Below, piece after piece: positions 35,300 through 49,082 of a DNA stretch of 64,000 bases (position 1 is its first letter; each line of letters starts with the position of its first letter). Source of the stretch: Octopus bimaculoides (taxonomy: Eukaryota); NCBI RefSeq assembly GCF_001194135.2, contig NC_068983.1:122923046-122987045 (forward strand), written 5' to 3'. The notes under the pieces were generated by a model. That model made no database searches and had not been told where the DNA came from. It saw only the letters and a list, made by a program, of their open reading frames with translations. Both the position numbers and the translations under genes were made by a program.

Positions 35300-35655
35300 T
35301 TCATTGTGGAGAGCGTGTCATCTGACTTTTTCCGGATGGCACGTGTAAAGACATTCGAGCGAGATCGTTGCCAGTGCCGCCGAACTGGCTCCTGTGCAAG
35401 TGGCACGTAAAATACACCATTTTGAGCGAGGCCGTTACCAGCACCGCCTGACTGGCCTTCGTGCCGGTGGCACGTAAAAGCACCCACTACACTCTCGGAG
35501 TGGTTGGCGTTAGGAAGGGCATCCAGCTGTAGAAACTCAGCCAAATCAGATTGGAGCCTGGTGTAGCCATCTGGTTTCACCAGTCCTCAGTCAAATCGTC
35601 CAACCCATGCTAGCATGGAAAGCGGACGTTAAACGACGACGATGATGATGATGAA
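35300..35655 (+). mobile_element. SINE or non-autonomous element with an RTE-type 3' tail
   Basis: Repeated TGGCACGTAAAA units; GGCGTTAGGAAGGGCATCCAGCTGTAGAAAC; tail ACCCATGCTAGCATGGAAAGCGGACGTTAAACGACGACGATGATGATG. Confidence 0.75.
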
Positions 35656-36379
35656 AGGTTAGAGCGTGTGAATAGGATAACAAACTGAGAAGAGAGCGAA
35701 CTACTTTTCTGCTTTGGATTGTTTTCGTTTAATTTTTCTAGAAGGTTACGGGCCTACCAAGTATACAGTGAAATCAATTTGCAGATATATTTTCTACGAG
35801 TCCACAGATTGATAGAATCTGTTTTCTTGATGTTTGATATTTATGGAATCCGCTCTCCATTCAGCCATAATAAATGTTCCTTTCCAATTTGTATAAATTC
35901 TGTTTGAGATTTGTTGCATCTTTTCTTCGAGTACCGATTCACTTCTAAGAGGTAGTGTTTGTTGTGGTTGTGTGTCCTGCTTATGTTTCTTTGGTTACCA
36001 AAGCACTTAATTATCAGGAGTTTGACTATGAGAAAGGATACTTGCTTTATTCTAAGAAAATAACTACAATTTATTTGTAGAGCCTCTGATCATATTAAAT
36101 CTTTTTCTTTAACAACGTTAAGGATATGATCCTTCCTTTTATAAAAATAGTTGTAGTAATGTAAATTTAAGTACACTAGCACCTTTTTCCATTCAAGAGC
36201 AACTGCTTCCAATAAAATCAAACTTTAAGTTTGTTAAATTCTCTTATAGCACCTCATATACAATCTTGACTAATTTACGATCAACAAAAATCTTACACGC
36301 ACCTACTTTTAATTAAGAAAATGTAATTTAGGAAATTAACAAACAAGATTAAACTCAATATAATGTTAGCTTTTGAAAT

Positions 36380-36570
36380 GCAGCGAGCTGGCAAAATGCT
36401 TGGCGACATTTCATTTGTCTACTTTCTGAGTTCACATTCCATCGAGGTCGACTTTGCTTTTTATCCTTTCGGAGTCGGTAAAATAAGTACCAGTTGAGCA
36501 CTGGGGATCAATGTAATCGACTTACCTCTCCGAAATTAATGGCCTTGTGTCAAAATTTGAAACCATTATT
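36380..36570 (+). mobile_element. Family B SINE copy
   Basis: Same head and body as 26703-27000. Confidence 0.8.
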
Positions 36571-39570
36571 ATGTTAACCTTTGGACTTAGATGAGTGTCT
36601 GCTATTAAAAAAATTAAGTTACTATTCATGTCAAAATATTCATACTACAGTATGAAACGATGGCATAATCAGAATCTATGCAAGTAACGAGGATTTTTAT
36701 GCCCTTTAGACTTCTAACTGAAATGTTAAGGAGTTTGATTTAATAAAACGTATTAAAAGTAAAATCTAATATACCGCGTTGAAAATTCAATAAAATACTT
36801 AATTGAAACAGTGGNNNNNNNNNNACTTGACTTGAAACTGATTCACTCATCACAGCGACTCCTTTTAACTTAAATCTTAATATTCATTAAAAGTTGATGA
36901 AATCAATTAGTAGTCCCATAGGCACATTTTTCTTTGATTATTTTAAAGTTTGTTAAAGCATCTTGGATGATTATATTCCAGCTATAAAACTGTGTACGCC
37001 TCTCGAACTTTACATAAACCCTACCAATAATAGCAAATTATATTAAATAGATTGGAGACAGATACTTTTGAGCTTAAAATTAACATCTTTCAAAACCTAA
37101 ATAATAATAAAAAAAAATTATCAATACCTTTTCAGAACAAAATAAGTCTTTGTAATTTGCAGTTAAACACTGAAAGCAAAACTCATCACAGAATATGTTA
37201 TTTAAAAATCTAGCCGATATTCTCATTATTGTAACGAAAGTACGTCTTTTCACAATAAAAAAATTGCCTAGCAAAGCATTGTAAGAAACTTTTGTTTAGG
37301 TTTATAAAACCCATTCGACTCGTTTTCACGCTATTTTCTCTATTATCATAAAATGACAAGAAAGAAATTAGTTAGCATAAAATTGTTATTCACAACTACC
37401 TAAAGGATTCAATACATTGTGAAAGGAAAATAAATGAATTATGCGTTTGATTATTACATATTTCCCATGCATGAATGGTTGAGTAACATCTGTTGTTATG
37501 TATGAGGTAGTATTATTTTATTTCACGATGACTGAGCAATTTGTCTGTCTTGTCTTTGTTATTCCTTCATTTATTCTAAGCACATTTATTTAGATTCTTT
37601 GAAATATCAAAATATTAAAAATGGCCTATGATTTATGAACACAAGTAATTAAAAATATTTATATTGACTGGTACACGCACGTCCATAAATATTTAAACAC
37701 AGAAATTCTTTTAAAAGTAAACAGTGTTATTCATGCGTACAAAGTTGTCTTTTATATATTTGAACATATGCCTTTATGCTGCAAATACCATTATTCAGAG
37801 ATTTTTTATTGTTTTTAAAAATTGTGTTTTTATAGTTAAGATTGCTGAAGACTCACATAATAGTACAATTTCAGTAAATATTTTAAATGAGGTCAATGAT
37901 ATATTTTTAAAGACATAATTTACTTGATTAGCTGGAGTTGGTGAATTTCAGTGATTACAATACCTTACTTGAAAATATTCGAAAACTTCATGAGTTGAAG
38001 ATTTGTTTCGAAGGTATGATAAAATGTTTTCATGGTTTCTTTTTTCACTGATACAGCATTCACATTAATTTAGCAGCGTTTACTGTCAAATACAAATATG
38101 CATTTCATTGAGACAGAATTACAAAGATTTGTGTGTGTGGTCAATATCATGAAGAAATATGTCTATCTTGATATCACTTCTCCCCAAATAATTACTATAA
38201 ATAATGAAGAGCTTCACTTACTCAGTAACTCAGTTAACACATTTAGCAGATTCCAAGAGGAAGTTTGATCACTGATATATTGCAATATCACGAAAGACGG
38301 TTACATGACAATGATTCTACTATATCATAGTGATAGTGTAGCACCAGGGTAGCCGGCAGACAAAGTCTGAGGAATGCTACAGATATAGCTTTTTGGTATA
38401 ATTGTTATCAGTATTGATTCCTTGATATTTGAAAAGAATATCTAGTTCGAAGGCTAAGGTGTCTGTGGAAACAACAACCTACCCAAAATTGATTTGTTTA
38501 GTAAAGTAACTGGAGTGAGCAGAAAAAGAAGGTATAATAAAATATAGTATCAGAGGAGCTTGAAATAGATTTTTGTCGATTTGCTGAAAACTCAGTATGC
38601 TTGAGAAACAATGGCTTATGGGAGATTCCTATCAGTTTGACATTAAAAGACACGATCATGTTTGCAAAATCCTCAGTTTGTTACTACGGAAATTGTAAGA
38701 CGGTTTTTAAATTTCTCCAATGAAGGAGTCAATCTCGAATTTAAATAAATAATGATACAGCATGCTGGAATATTCTTTCAAGAATGATCTGTGTGAAGCT
38801 TCGGCATATTTTGCAGCGTCTTTTTACCTACAGAACAAAATTTCATCCTTCAAGTAATGAAAAACTATGAAACACTTATAGTTGTAATTTACAAGATATG
38901 AACCCAAATATTTTATAAATATTTATTAGGAATCATTTAAGAATCATTCTGTTTAAATGTATATTGAAATTTTACTCACCAGTCGTCAAAAGTAATTTCT
39001 TATTCATCAATGTAAAATGTAATTGCATTCATTTCTTGATTTGTTGTTCTGAAGGTAAGGATTATATGCTACATTCATCGGGTGTGTATGTGGATTTATA
39101 TTCCTGCCTCTAAGTCAAATTTCACTAGTAACGCTATTTACATAGGAATTACCTGTAGAAGTCAGTATTTGTTTATTATAATTTCTAATTCACGGGTTTT
39201 TCAGATATCCTTAGTATATGAGTTGCTACTGTTTTCGAAGATAGCACTTTATACACATTGTGGTATATAACATTGTTTGACATACAGTTATAAGTAATAT
39301 CTTCCAAAGTCTGTTAGACAATTGTTTCACCATCCTATTCTTATCTACATTACCAGCAAATGAATTCTTGTCAAGGACAAGATAAGTAAAGATCTACTGA
39401 GTTCTATGACTGTAGTACAACTGGTAATTCTACCTCTATTAACTACACGATTGACTACCTATGAAATCTTAACAAGTTTCATACGTTGTAATCTGCAAGA
39501 AGAAACAGTTGATGTTATTTTTATAGAATAGCGTTGGACTAAACCTACCCGCTGCGATTTAGTTTAATAA

Positions 39571-39920
39571 ATGCAGGAGTGGTTGTGTGGTATGAAGTTT
39601 GCTTCCTAACCACATGGTTTCCGGTTCAACCCCACTGCGTGACACTTTGAGCAAGTGTCTTCTATTATAACCTTGTGAGTGGATTTCGTAGACAGAAACT
39701 GACAGAATCCCATCGTATATATTGGTGTGTGTCTGTGTGATCACTGCTGGACAACTGGTGTTGGTGTGTTTATGTCCAGTTAACGGCTCAGTAACAAGAG
39801 AGCGATAGAATAAGCACCAGGCTTTCAAAAAATAAGTACAATGGTCGATTTGTTCGACCAAAATTCTTCTCCGTCGTGTTCCAACATGGCAGCAGTTTAC
39901 TGACTGAAACACATAAAAGA
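39571..39920 (+). mobile_element. Family A SINE, near full length
   Basis: Same head as 9431; 3' part GATAGAATAAG..GGTCGATTTGTTCGAC..CAGCAG..TGACTGAAAC. Confidence 0.85.
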
Positions 39921-41714
39921 TAAAGATAATATCCTATCCTTGTGATTAGTACAGTTGTTCCAGTTCTTAGTTACAACATATAACAGAAGGAAGTCTCGTA
40001 AATATGAAAGAGGTAAAGACTTTCTTTTACTTTATCAACATCACCAAATGGCTCTTCTTTCTAGAGATCTGCTTAGTTTATTTGCCAAATCTATTAAATT
40101 CATAAATTGAATGATACATTACTCTGTACTCAACTTTAGTGTCAAACTATCGTGTTTTCTTCATTGTTTTATAGATATTAGAAGAAACTTTTGAAAAATG
40201 CTTTTGGTTTTCATTTGGTTTGAATCAATCCCGTCGTTAAATGCTAACTGTAGCACAGAATACAATCATGTTCATTGTCCACAAATCGGTTTCCTCTAAA
40301 GTTAACTGTACGTTAGCTGTATGATAGATCATTAATAGCATTATATCACACTCTTGTAAAAATAAACGGTTTGCCCTCCTTTCCAGAAGATAAAATTCTC
40401 CAATAAATTTTTCACTTGCTGAATTCTATATTTATTCTAATTTTCGCTGTTATATAGATTCTTTGTATAATTAGTATTGAGAATATCTTCTACAGTTTAT
40501 ACATTTGTACAGAATAGTTCAGCTGTCATTGTGGTTCCCTGCATTCTTCCATTCACTTTTATATTTACTTCATACTGAAATGTTTGTAGATAAATTGGTC
40601 TGAATTCCATTAACTACCCACCTTAAAAAGGTTTTAGAAATATTCTCTTCAATTTTTAAAGAATGAATATAGGTTCTAGTTTATATAAAAAGATTATCGA
40701 AGTTTTCTCGATAAATTTGATGTAAGATACACGTTTAGATTCGGTTGTATTTAGTAGTTTATTTCACTGTTTGAACATCCGATCTTTGGTAAATAGATAT
40801 TACAGTTAATCATGCTTAGGAAATGTTACCTTATGACCAGACTGGTTGAGATATTAAAGTTTACATGTAACCATTGTTAACAGAGTTCTTTTTTTTTTTA
40901 TCACATAACACAATTATATGTATACATATTAATGAATAAATGGTAAGATTTTTAGTTATAGCAAACCAGCAATATATTCAAATACATTTTCACTTGAAAG
41001 CAATAACTTCAGAATGTAAATACATCACAATAGCATATTTCTTTTTAAATCATGTCAGATTCGACATAAGGATCGTCTAGTGAAGGTGAAATATGGACTC
41101 TCTCAATAAAGCAACACAGGTCATTTAAGTAACCATTTTTATCAATGACTTTCAAAAGTATTCCAGGAATGAGGTCACCAGACAATGATTTGGTTTCATA
41201 TAGATGTTTATAACAGCCTATTTACTTTGGTAAAATCGCTGTGTGAGTAGATTTTTTCTGAAGTTTTAGACGATATTGGAGTAACTAGATATGACTAAAG
41301 TTGTTGATGTTCAACTTAAATTGACACAAGTTATATATAGAAAGAATATAACAGGAAGCTCTTGAGTGATACAGTTGCAGAAATTTAGTCAAGATGAAAA
41401 TTTAGGTGACAAGAATGGACATGGAAAAGCACCATTCACTTTAGTAATATATTATTTGTTCAAAAGAGCAGGTACCACTTTAATGGTAAAAGAAAAGATG
41501 ACAACATGTTTTGCAGACTAGTGAACATTATACACTTATATCTAAGGTGGGTAGCTTTATTTTGGATGTGATGTAGAATGCATGGAGTTAATCACTGAAT
41601 TTAAGCATAATTATGTAAAGCACATAAATAGCTGAAGATATTTTTAAAAACTACTGGTGTTTACTGCCACAGTAGAAACCAACAGACATTTTTGAAAATT
41701 GTGAACTAACTTGA

Positions 41715-42110
41715 CGCAGGCGTAGGTGTGTGGTAAGAAGCTTGTTTCCCAACCACATGGTTTCCGGATTCAGTCTAACTACGTAGCACCTTGGGTGGGT
41801 ATCTTCTACTATAGCCTTGGGCCGACCAAAGCCTTGTGAATGGATTTGTTAGATGGAAACTGAAAGAAGCCAGTCGTATATATATATATATATATATTTG
41901 TGTGTCTGTGTTTGCCCCCCCCCCTATCGCTTGCTAACCAATGTCGGTGTGTTTACGTCCCCGTAACTTAACGGTTCGACAAAATAGACCGATAGAATAA
42001 GTACTAGACTTAGAAAGAATAAGTCCTGGGGTCGATTTGTTCGACTAAGGGCAGTGCTCCAGCATGACCGCAGTTAAATGACTGAAACAAGTAAAAGAAT
42101 AAAAGAATAT
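41715..42110 (+). mobile_element. Family A SINE, near full length
   Basis: Head, central (TA)n/(TG)n and tail TGACTGAAACAAGTAAAAGAATAAAAGAAT. Confidence 0.9.
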
Positions 42111-43029
42111 CTTGAAAACTTCATCTTGGAATATATTTTAATACATTTAACTTCATTCATTTTAACAATTCATTCCTTTTCTCACTAAGAATGTTGAAGA
42201 TATAAATATCTTTCGCCGAGTATCAATTATAACTCACATTAAAGAAGCCAACGTATGTATGAAATATATAACAAACATAACTCCCCAGTCTGACTTCCTG
42301 CGCTGTTAGTACTTACATTTATATATTGTTTTGAGTGTTACTGGGTCCTTTTTATTCTTTTTGCAAGAGAAATTAAGCCGATATACGTTGTATGTAACTT
42401 GTATCAGATCCAAAATGAAATTAACTAAGAAAAACCTATTCAACAGGAACAAGAAATAATGTGCGTTCAGTGCTAAAAATATATATTCCTGCTGTCCTTT
42501 CTCGATAACAGCAACATGAACGTTTCGGAAATGGTAGCATTGACACAAAATGAAACATGTCATTACATCTAAATCTCTAATATCACTAACAGGAAATCAA
42601 CCAATATCTTTCTTTGCAGTCCTTGCCAAATATATTGATTTTATTTGTTCTAATCAAATGTATTAGCACATATCGTGGTAGATCAATCAGTTTCTTAGGG
42701 TCAATTAATTTTAGAAATTTCTACGGACATGATCAAATATTCCCCACTTTTACATGCACACAAGTGGTAGTGTTTTCAAAAGACTATGTTTTGGCCTTCG
42801 AAAGGTTTAATAAATTACATATCAAATATGCATGTACATTTAATTTAGCTCGATGTCATTTAATTTAGCTTGACAACCAGCTAACTGTATGTATTTATAT
42901 ATTCAATTACTTCTATATGCATATATGTTTGTCCATATACTTTAATTACCAGTTTATACATGTATGCACATGCTTGTGCGTGCGCGCACGTGCGTGAGTA
43001 AATATCAATTCGAGTTTGAAAAAGAATAA

Positions 43030-43113
43030 CCATCCTACTAACGGGAATCGAACCGCTCCTCTCCTGCGTAAACATATCGAGTTCGTGGCCTGCATCTTTA
43101 CCACACATTGTCA
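43030..43113 (-). other. Degenerate tRNA-derived head (pseudo-tRNA or SINE remnant)
   Basis: Minus strand TGTGTGGTAAA (A box-like) ... GGTTCGATTCCC (B box); stems poorly paired. Confidence 0.35.
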
Positions 43114-46100
43114 GTTGGCTTTTCCTTTTTCGATCACAAATTGTTTAACATTAACATTGTTTATTAGACCATTATAAACAGTATTAATGTTAAGCAATTT
43201 GTGATTGTAAACGGTAATTTTATAATTTATTCATATTCTTCGTGGTTAATTTGCAACTATATATATATCGGTTCAAATTGAAATATTTCTCTATGTAAGA
43301 TGTTAATTGAAAAAAAACATAACTACTAGTAGTAGAATGGTTGAAAGATACTAAGTCAATACCAAGGTAAGTATCAATATATTAGATGTATATTTCTACC
43401 TCAATTTAAGAATGTAAATATGTCATGTTGATGAAGGTGTCAAATATAAAGACAGTTATTGCTGCCTCGGTTTGGGTAGTGCAAATATGATATATGATGA
43501 AAGTGTCAAGTCATTAACACAATAGACATTACTCCATTAGTTTAGGAAATATGAATATAGCGTGTGATAACGGTGTCAAAGGGTTGCTACTCGTCAATAT
43601 GGCTGGGGGAAAATACATCAATGGAGAGTTCTGCATACTGTATAGAAATACAATAGGTCTTTCATATGTAATAGTAATGAGATGAAAAACTTCGATTAAT
43701 TGAGATTATCCATGCAACTGACAGGGAAAAGCTCCCTCTGGGACATATAGAATCAAATAAATCAGGAGGGAGATAATTCCGATAAAAGGACAATTGAAAG
43801 TTTTGGAAAATATAAAAGATGCTGTAATGGAAGTGGATTTAGTTTTTAAGTTAGCTGGTGAAAGTAACAGACGTGTTTTGATTTCATTAGACCTTCTCAG
43901 AAAAGTTAGAGAATATAGTGATATATTCTGTTATATACTTATAATGTTATATACTTGTATATTGTTATTCCACTTAGCTATCTTTTATCAAAAGATTGAT
44001 CATCGTCAACTGTTCATGTAATAAACATGTTTTGATAAATGAATTTCATTTTCATTACGTTAAGGCTCTTAATTCTTAATGATGTTTGTATACTCTATTC
44101 TATACAAAGTCAAAGACGATATTACGTTATTGAGATTTTGGAGGCAGTGGTAGATAACATGCATAGTTCACAATATATGCAATAGTGTATACTGGAAAAA
44201 CATGTGTGAAATCAAAATAATTGTATGCTGAAATCGAAACTCAATCGTATGTTCAGTTGGCGATGAATTTCAAACTTGACCTTCCAATAAACAAGTTTAA
44301 TTTCTTCTCTCTGATAAAAAAAAAAAAGAGTTGCAATAGCTATGAATGGTAATTTAAGATATTTTCCTGTAACTGTGTAAAATGGATTCTTTTGTTAACT
44401 TTCTAAATTAAAAATGCATAAATATTATTTGAAATTCATATTGGTTTATCCAGAAACAAATATTTACAAACTATTGTTTAAATCAACATATTTGACACAT
44501 AATTAATAGAACATTGCAAAATAGACGAACATGGCAAACTTATTTGAAACCTATAGCACTTAATCTACGTTTTCCAATAAAAGAAACTCTTTCATGATAA
44601 ACCGTCTAAATTCATGAAAATAAAATAAAATAAATTTTAAATATTTCTCAAACGATAATAACATTTAATTCTTTCCTCATTAAACATTGGAAAAATCAAA
44701 AATATTAGTTTCAAGGAATACAAATTTTGAATGAATCCTTGAGCAAACCTCTTTAAACCACAAATTTAATTTAAATGAATAAATGCAGGTAGTAATAAGA
44801 TAAAACAAAAATAATCGGAAAGAGTTTTCCCACGCTTTTAGATGTTATATTAGGTTCGGTTAAAGAATTTTAAAGTTAAAAGTAAGCGTTAGTCCCCAGT
44901 TTTGATCTTATATTTGTAAACTGGAACTATGTTTATTCGGTTGCTAGAATATCAAAGTTGTAATTTAAGACACAATAAAGTTGTAAAGAAACTGTGAAAT
45001 ATTTTATAGATGTTCGACTGAGTTCTTCAAAGGTTCTACAAGTATTGTTGATAACATATTCTAGTAATATTTAAGAGTTAATTCAATGTGTTAGATCATA
45101 TAACTCTACAAAGTCACATCATACATAAAAGTGGTGTAACGCGATCTCTCCTTTAACAACATTTAATAATTCAATTTTAGTTTTATTGAGTTATAGTAAT
45201 TGACGAACTAGGAATGATCAGGAAAATGTTTTTGTTTACTTTTTTCAAGCTGCAGAGTGTTAATCCAATTTATAAAGCGAAAAGGAAAGATCCTACTTTA
45301 AATTCATTTTTCAAAAATGATTTCGATCCATATTTAACGTTCAGTCCTACTTCATGTGTATCCCTAACATAGAAAAGAAAAGAAAATTATGAAAGCAAAA
45401 TGACATAAAAGAACTAGTGAAAAGTCATTGCTTTCAGTATCCGAACAAGGAAGAAAAAGTACTGCGATCGATTCCCGATTTCGACTTATGACCGAAATAG
45501 AAATTCCCCCGTGAAATGATTTTTCGTCTTTATTCTGACAAAAAGAAACAGCTATTTCCGGTTACTTTGACTATATCAGTTTTAAGGAATCAAAATTTAG
45601 CTTTTTAACGATCTCGCTATAATTAGATTTAATAATTATTACGTCTATTATTGATTTCTTTTAATTTTAGTATTTTTTGGCTTTTTCACCATAACCATTT
45701 TAGTTATTGAGGTTATGTTTTCTTTAGAAAAGAAGCGTTTCCCCACTAGCAGTATGTTTTGCCGTCAACTCAAAGGAATTGGTTGTTCCTCTAGGCGTAT
45801 CGAAATTAATATTTCTGGAATTTTTAAAACCCTAACTTTTACCATTTCAGTATGAGTAATTTTAAAATAACCAGCCGGTCATGTATGTGTGGGATAGAGT
45901 GAAATGAATGTATCTCATAAGGGACGAAAGTAAATAAAAAGGTAGTAAAGAACTTTTTTTTAAAAATAGGCAATTATTATTGGCGTAGCGAATAAGAATT
46001 AACCTTAGTTTAGGAATGACAACGTCTAGCTTAAATACGGTCTGGGATTCTGTACACATGAAAGAATGAGCTACGAGCTGATCGAGACATATGATAGATA

Positions 46101-47426
46101 TAAATACCATAAATATACACTTTAAAGGTTTGATTAATAATCCGGATACATATACTCTTATTAATAACTCATCTGAGGCAACTAGATATTTAAATCTTGT
46201 GAAAACATCTGATTGCACATCCTACGAAAACATGGAAAATCATTTTACACGCTTTGAAACTAGAAAATGTGAATGCCCGTAATGATATCAATTTATAGTC
46301 GTTTTTCTTCTTTTTGTTTTCGTTTTCAAGATATTATCCGGTTTTAAAATAGTAAATTTGAATACAGCAACATATACTATTTCCAACTAAGTCTAAAAAT
46401 GAGCAACAAATAAACAGAAATACATTCTATTATGGATAAGTAAAGTATTCCGAACTATTGCGTTCATCTTGGAACACTCTTTTAGCCATGCAATTAAGAA
46501 ATACAATATGCAGAATAAGTCATCAATAGCTTCAGTCTTTAATGGGACAACAGCAACTATTCATTTACAATAAAGAAATTAAGAATGCAGCAAGTAAATT
46601 CAGTAGGACGACTACAAGGATTGAATTAATCTATCAATTTGGATGCGGCCCTAATTAACATTAAAATAATCTGTCAGAGTAAAATAATACTTGCACAACC
46701 CGTTACATTATAGGTTAGGGGATCCATCAGTATAGGCAACGTGAATGATTTCTTTTAATTTGACAGAGATAATAAATATCCATTCTTTGAAAATATAGGT
46801 TTATAACTATATATGTGACATTTTCTGACCTTTTAAACCATTTTAATTTGTCATATATAGAATAGAAATGGAATTTATATCATTAAAAAATAACCAAGCT
46901 GCATAAGTTTGAAAAAGATTCCTATTTCTATAACAGATGAACTTTTCATTCTTGTCTTCTCAGAACCTCAGAACCGCAACACACCTCGCAACGTCCAATT
47001 ACGGAACATTTCTTCACCCTGATTTTTCTAATACTGTATCACGACCAGTTTTATAATGCTCACCTCTAAGAAAAAAATGTGTTTCGACCCTAATCAGTCT
47101 GAAACTGAGTGACCAAACCATCTTCCTTGATATGCCCCTTCACATTTCTTATACAACCAGTTTGTTTAGCATAGTTGTACTACAGCAATATGCACTGTAT
47201 GGATCGTTCCAATTAAACAAAGTGCTGAAGGTATTTCTTCCATCTGGTGAGCTCCAGAGCAACCTCACCCTCCCAAACTTTGTCAGCTTCCGCTCCACTT
47301 CTGTATGTTCCTGTGTGTGCTTCAGAAAGTATGATTATTTCGTGGATATCGAATTTTGAATTGATAAACCACCTTCGCATTTTCATTAAAATTTCACCGA
47401 GCACGAGTAACTCTGGAATTTCATCG

Positions 47427-47508
47427 TATAGTTCGTGGCCCCATCCTAGATACGATTAATAGCGAAATATAGTTCGTGGCCCCATCCTAGGACGGTTAAT
47501 AGCGAAAA
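47427..47508 (+). repeat. 41-bp tandem duplication
   Basis: TATAGTTCGTGGCCCCATCCTAG..TAATAGCGAAA at 47427 and 47468. Confidence 0.95.
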
Positions 47509-47717
47509 TAAAATGGAAAAAATTTGTGTCAGTGTATAGTGTGTGAGAGTATTTAGTAGTTATTGAAGTGTGTCAGTCTCGAGCAGGATTCGAGACGGCT
47601 CATCGAAGCGGCTGTTGTTTACATCTCAGTTTTGTCAATCAAAATAACACATGGTACCAGGACACCCAGACTTTATTCGTATAAAACAGTGAGAAGTAAG
47701 TCTTAATTTGATTTTTT

Positions 47718-47917
47718 TCCAACCCTAAAGATTCACTCACGCATTCACAGCAAACAAGGCACAGAGCCAGACTTTAGATCGTGTTGGTGTATTTTTACCC
47801 ACTCCGATGTTTACACACGGCCAGTTATACGTCGCTATGACTAGAGTAACGGACTCCAGTAATTTGAAAATAAGTGTCGACCAAACAGAAAATATCATTT
47901 ACAAAGAACTTTTGTAA
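47718..47917 (+). pseudogene. Helitron RepHel helicase C-terminal fragment
   Basis: AFTANKAQSQTLDRVGVFLPTPMFTHGQLYVAMTRV..NLKI..TENIIYKELL* (cf. FAMTINKSQGQT..FSHGQLYVA.SRV). Confidence 0.9.
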
Positions 47918-48865
47918 TCATATAGATATTATCGAAAAGAAAAGGATTCATAATTTAAATAAAGAAATTTGTGAACTTTGAATGTATAAGTAAACGCAAA
48001 ATAGTGTAAACAACTAAAATAAAAATATATCTAAATAACATTTTTTTCTTAATACTTTTTATGTAGTGGTCGAAGGACGCTCTGGTCCATATAGCCTTTC
48101 ATGATACAGAGGCTGGGTGCTTATTTCAGTTCGGGAGTGAATCGTCATCACATGTCAGTCGCAAACACGTCATATAGAATGCTGTATCACCAACAGTAAT
48201 GTGATTTCTCTAAGATATCACTCAGTAATTTATCAAGTCCATTTACACATTCTTCAATACATACTACTGTTATCACTTCTCTCCCTCGTTTTATACCTCC
48301 ATCGTAGATGGGTAGATTTGCTAGTATTAATAATGCCAATAAGATTTATATAAATTAGAAGGGAGTACACTGTGATGACTGCATGTAAAACGTGAAGAAA
48401 TGTGACATGAAATGTCAGAAAAAACACGAAATTACATTTGGAAAAGTTAAACACGAATGGACTAGTTAAGTCTGAAGAATATGTGACACCTGACGAATTA
48501 AAAAAGAGTAATACTGAGATAGCAAAGTAAACAGTTCTTTTTTCTTCCAATAGAACACGTTGGTAAGTTATAAGTTCTCAAGTTACGAGTAACTGAAAAG
48601 AATGTAAATCATCGTATTTAATATATTAGATTTTCACTCGAAAAAACGACTTCTAAGTTGGATCATGCTACCACTCTGTATTTGGGTTAGGAGTTGGTTG
48701 TTATTGGGTTGGTGTTATATATACAGCTCTTCTTTGTTTTTCTTTGAAGCGGTTAATTACTTTTATTTTGATAAATCTAAAACAAACCTAAAGAAGATAA
48801 ACAAATAAGTTAAGCCATGGTGCGCGGAATAGAAAGTCAACTTGCTTTTTGTACTATTTTCTTTA

Positions 48866-49082
48866 TACATACATACATACATACATACATACATACATAC
48901 ATACATACATACATACATACATACATACGTATGTATGCATGTATGTATGTAGGTAGGTAGGTAGGAAAGTAGGGAGGGAGGGAGGNNNNNNNNNNNNNNN
49001 NNNNNNNNNNGTAGGTAGGTAGGTAGGTAGGTAGGTAGGTAGGTAGGTAGGTAGGTAGGTAAGTGTGTGTGTGTGTGTGTGT
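48866..49082 (+). repeat. (CATA)n/(GTAG)n/(GT)n microsatellites
   Basis: Directly visible. Confidence 0.95.

Noticed and set aside
35720-36000. Possible ancient RT domain 6-7 on the minus strand (NKSQTEFIQIG..LWLNGERI)
   Set aside because: Only short, degenerate similarity.
45862-46282. Overlapping 118-aa (-) and 63-aa (+) ORFs
   Set aside because: No recognisable motif or convincing splice sites; cannot be supported as CDS.
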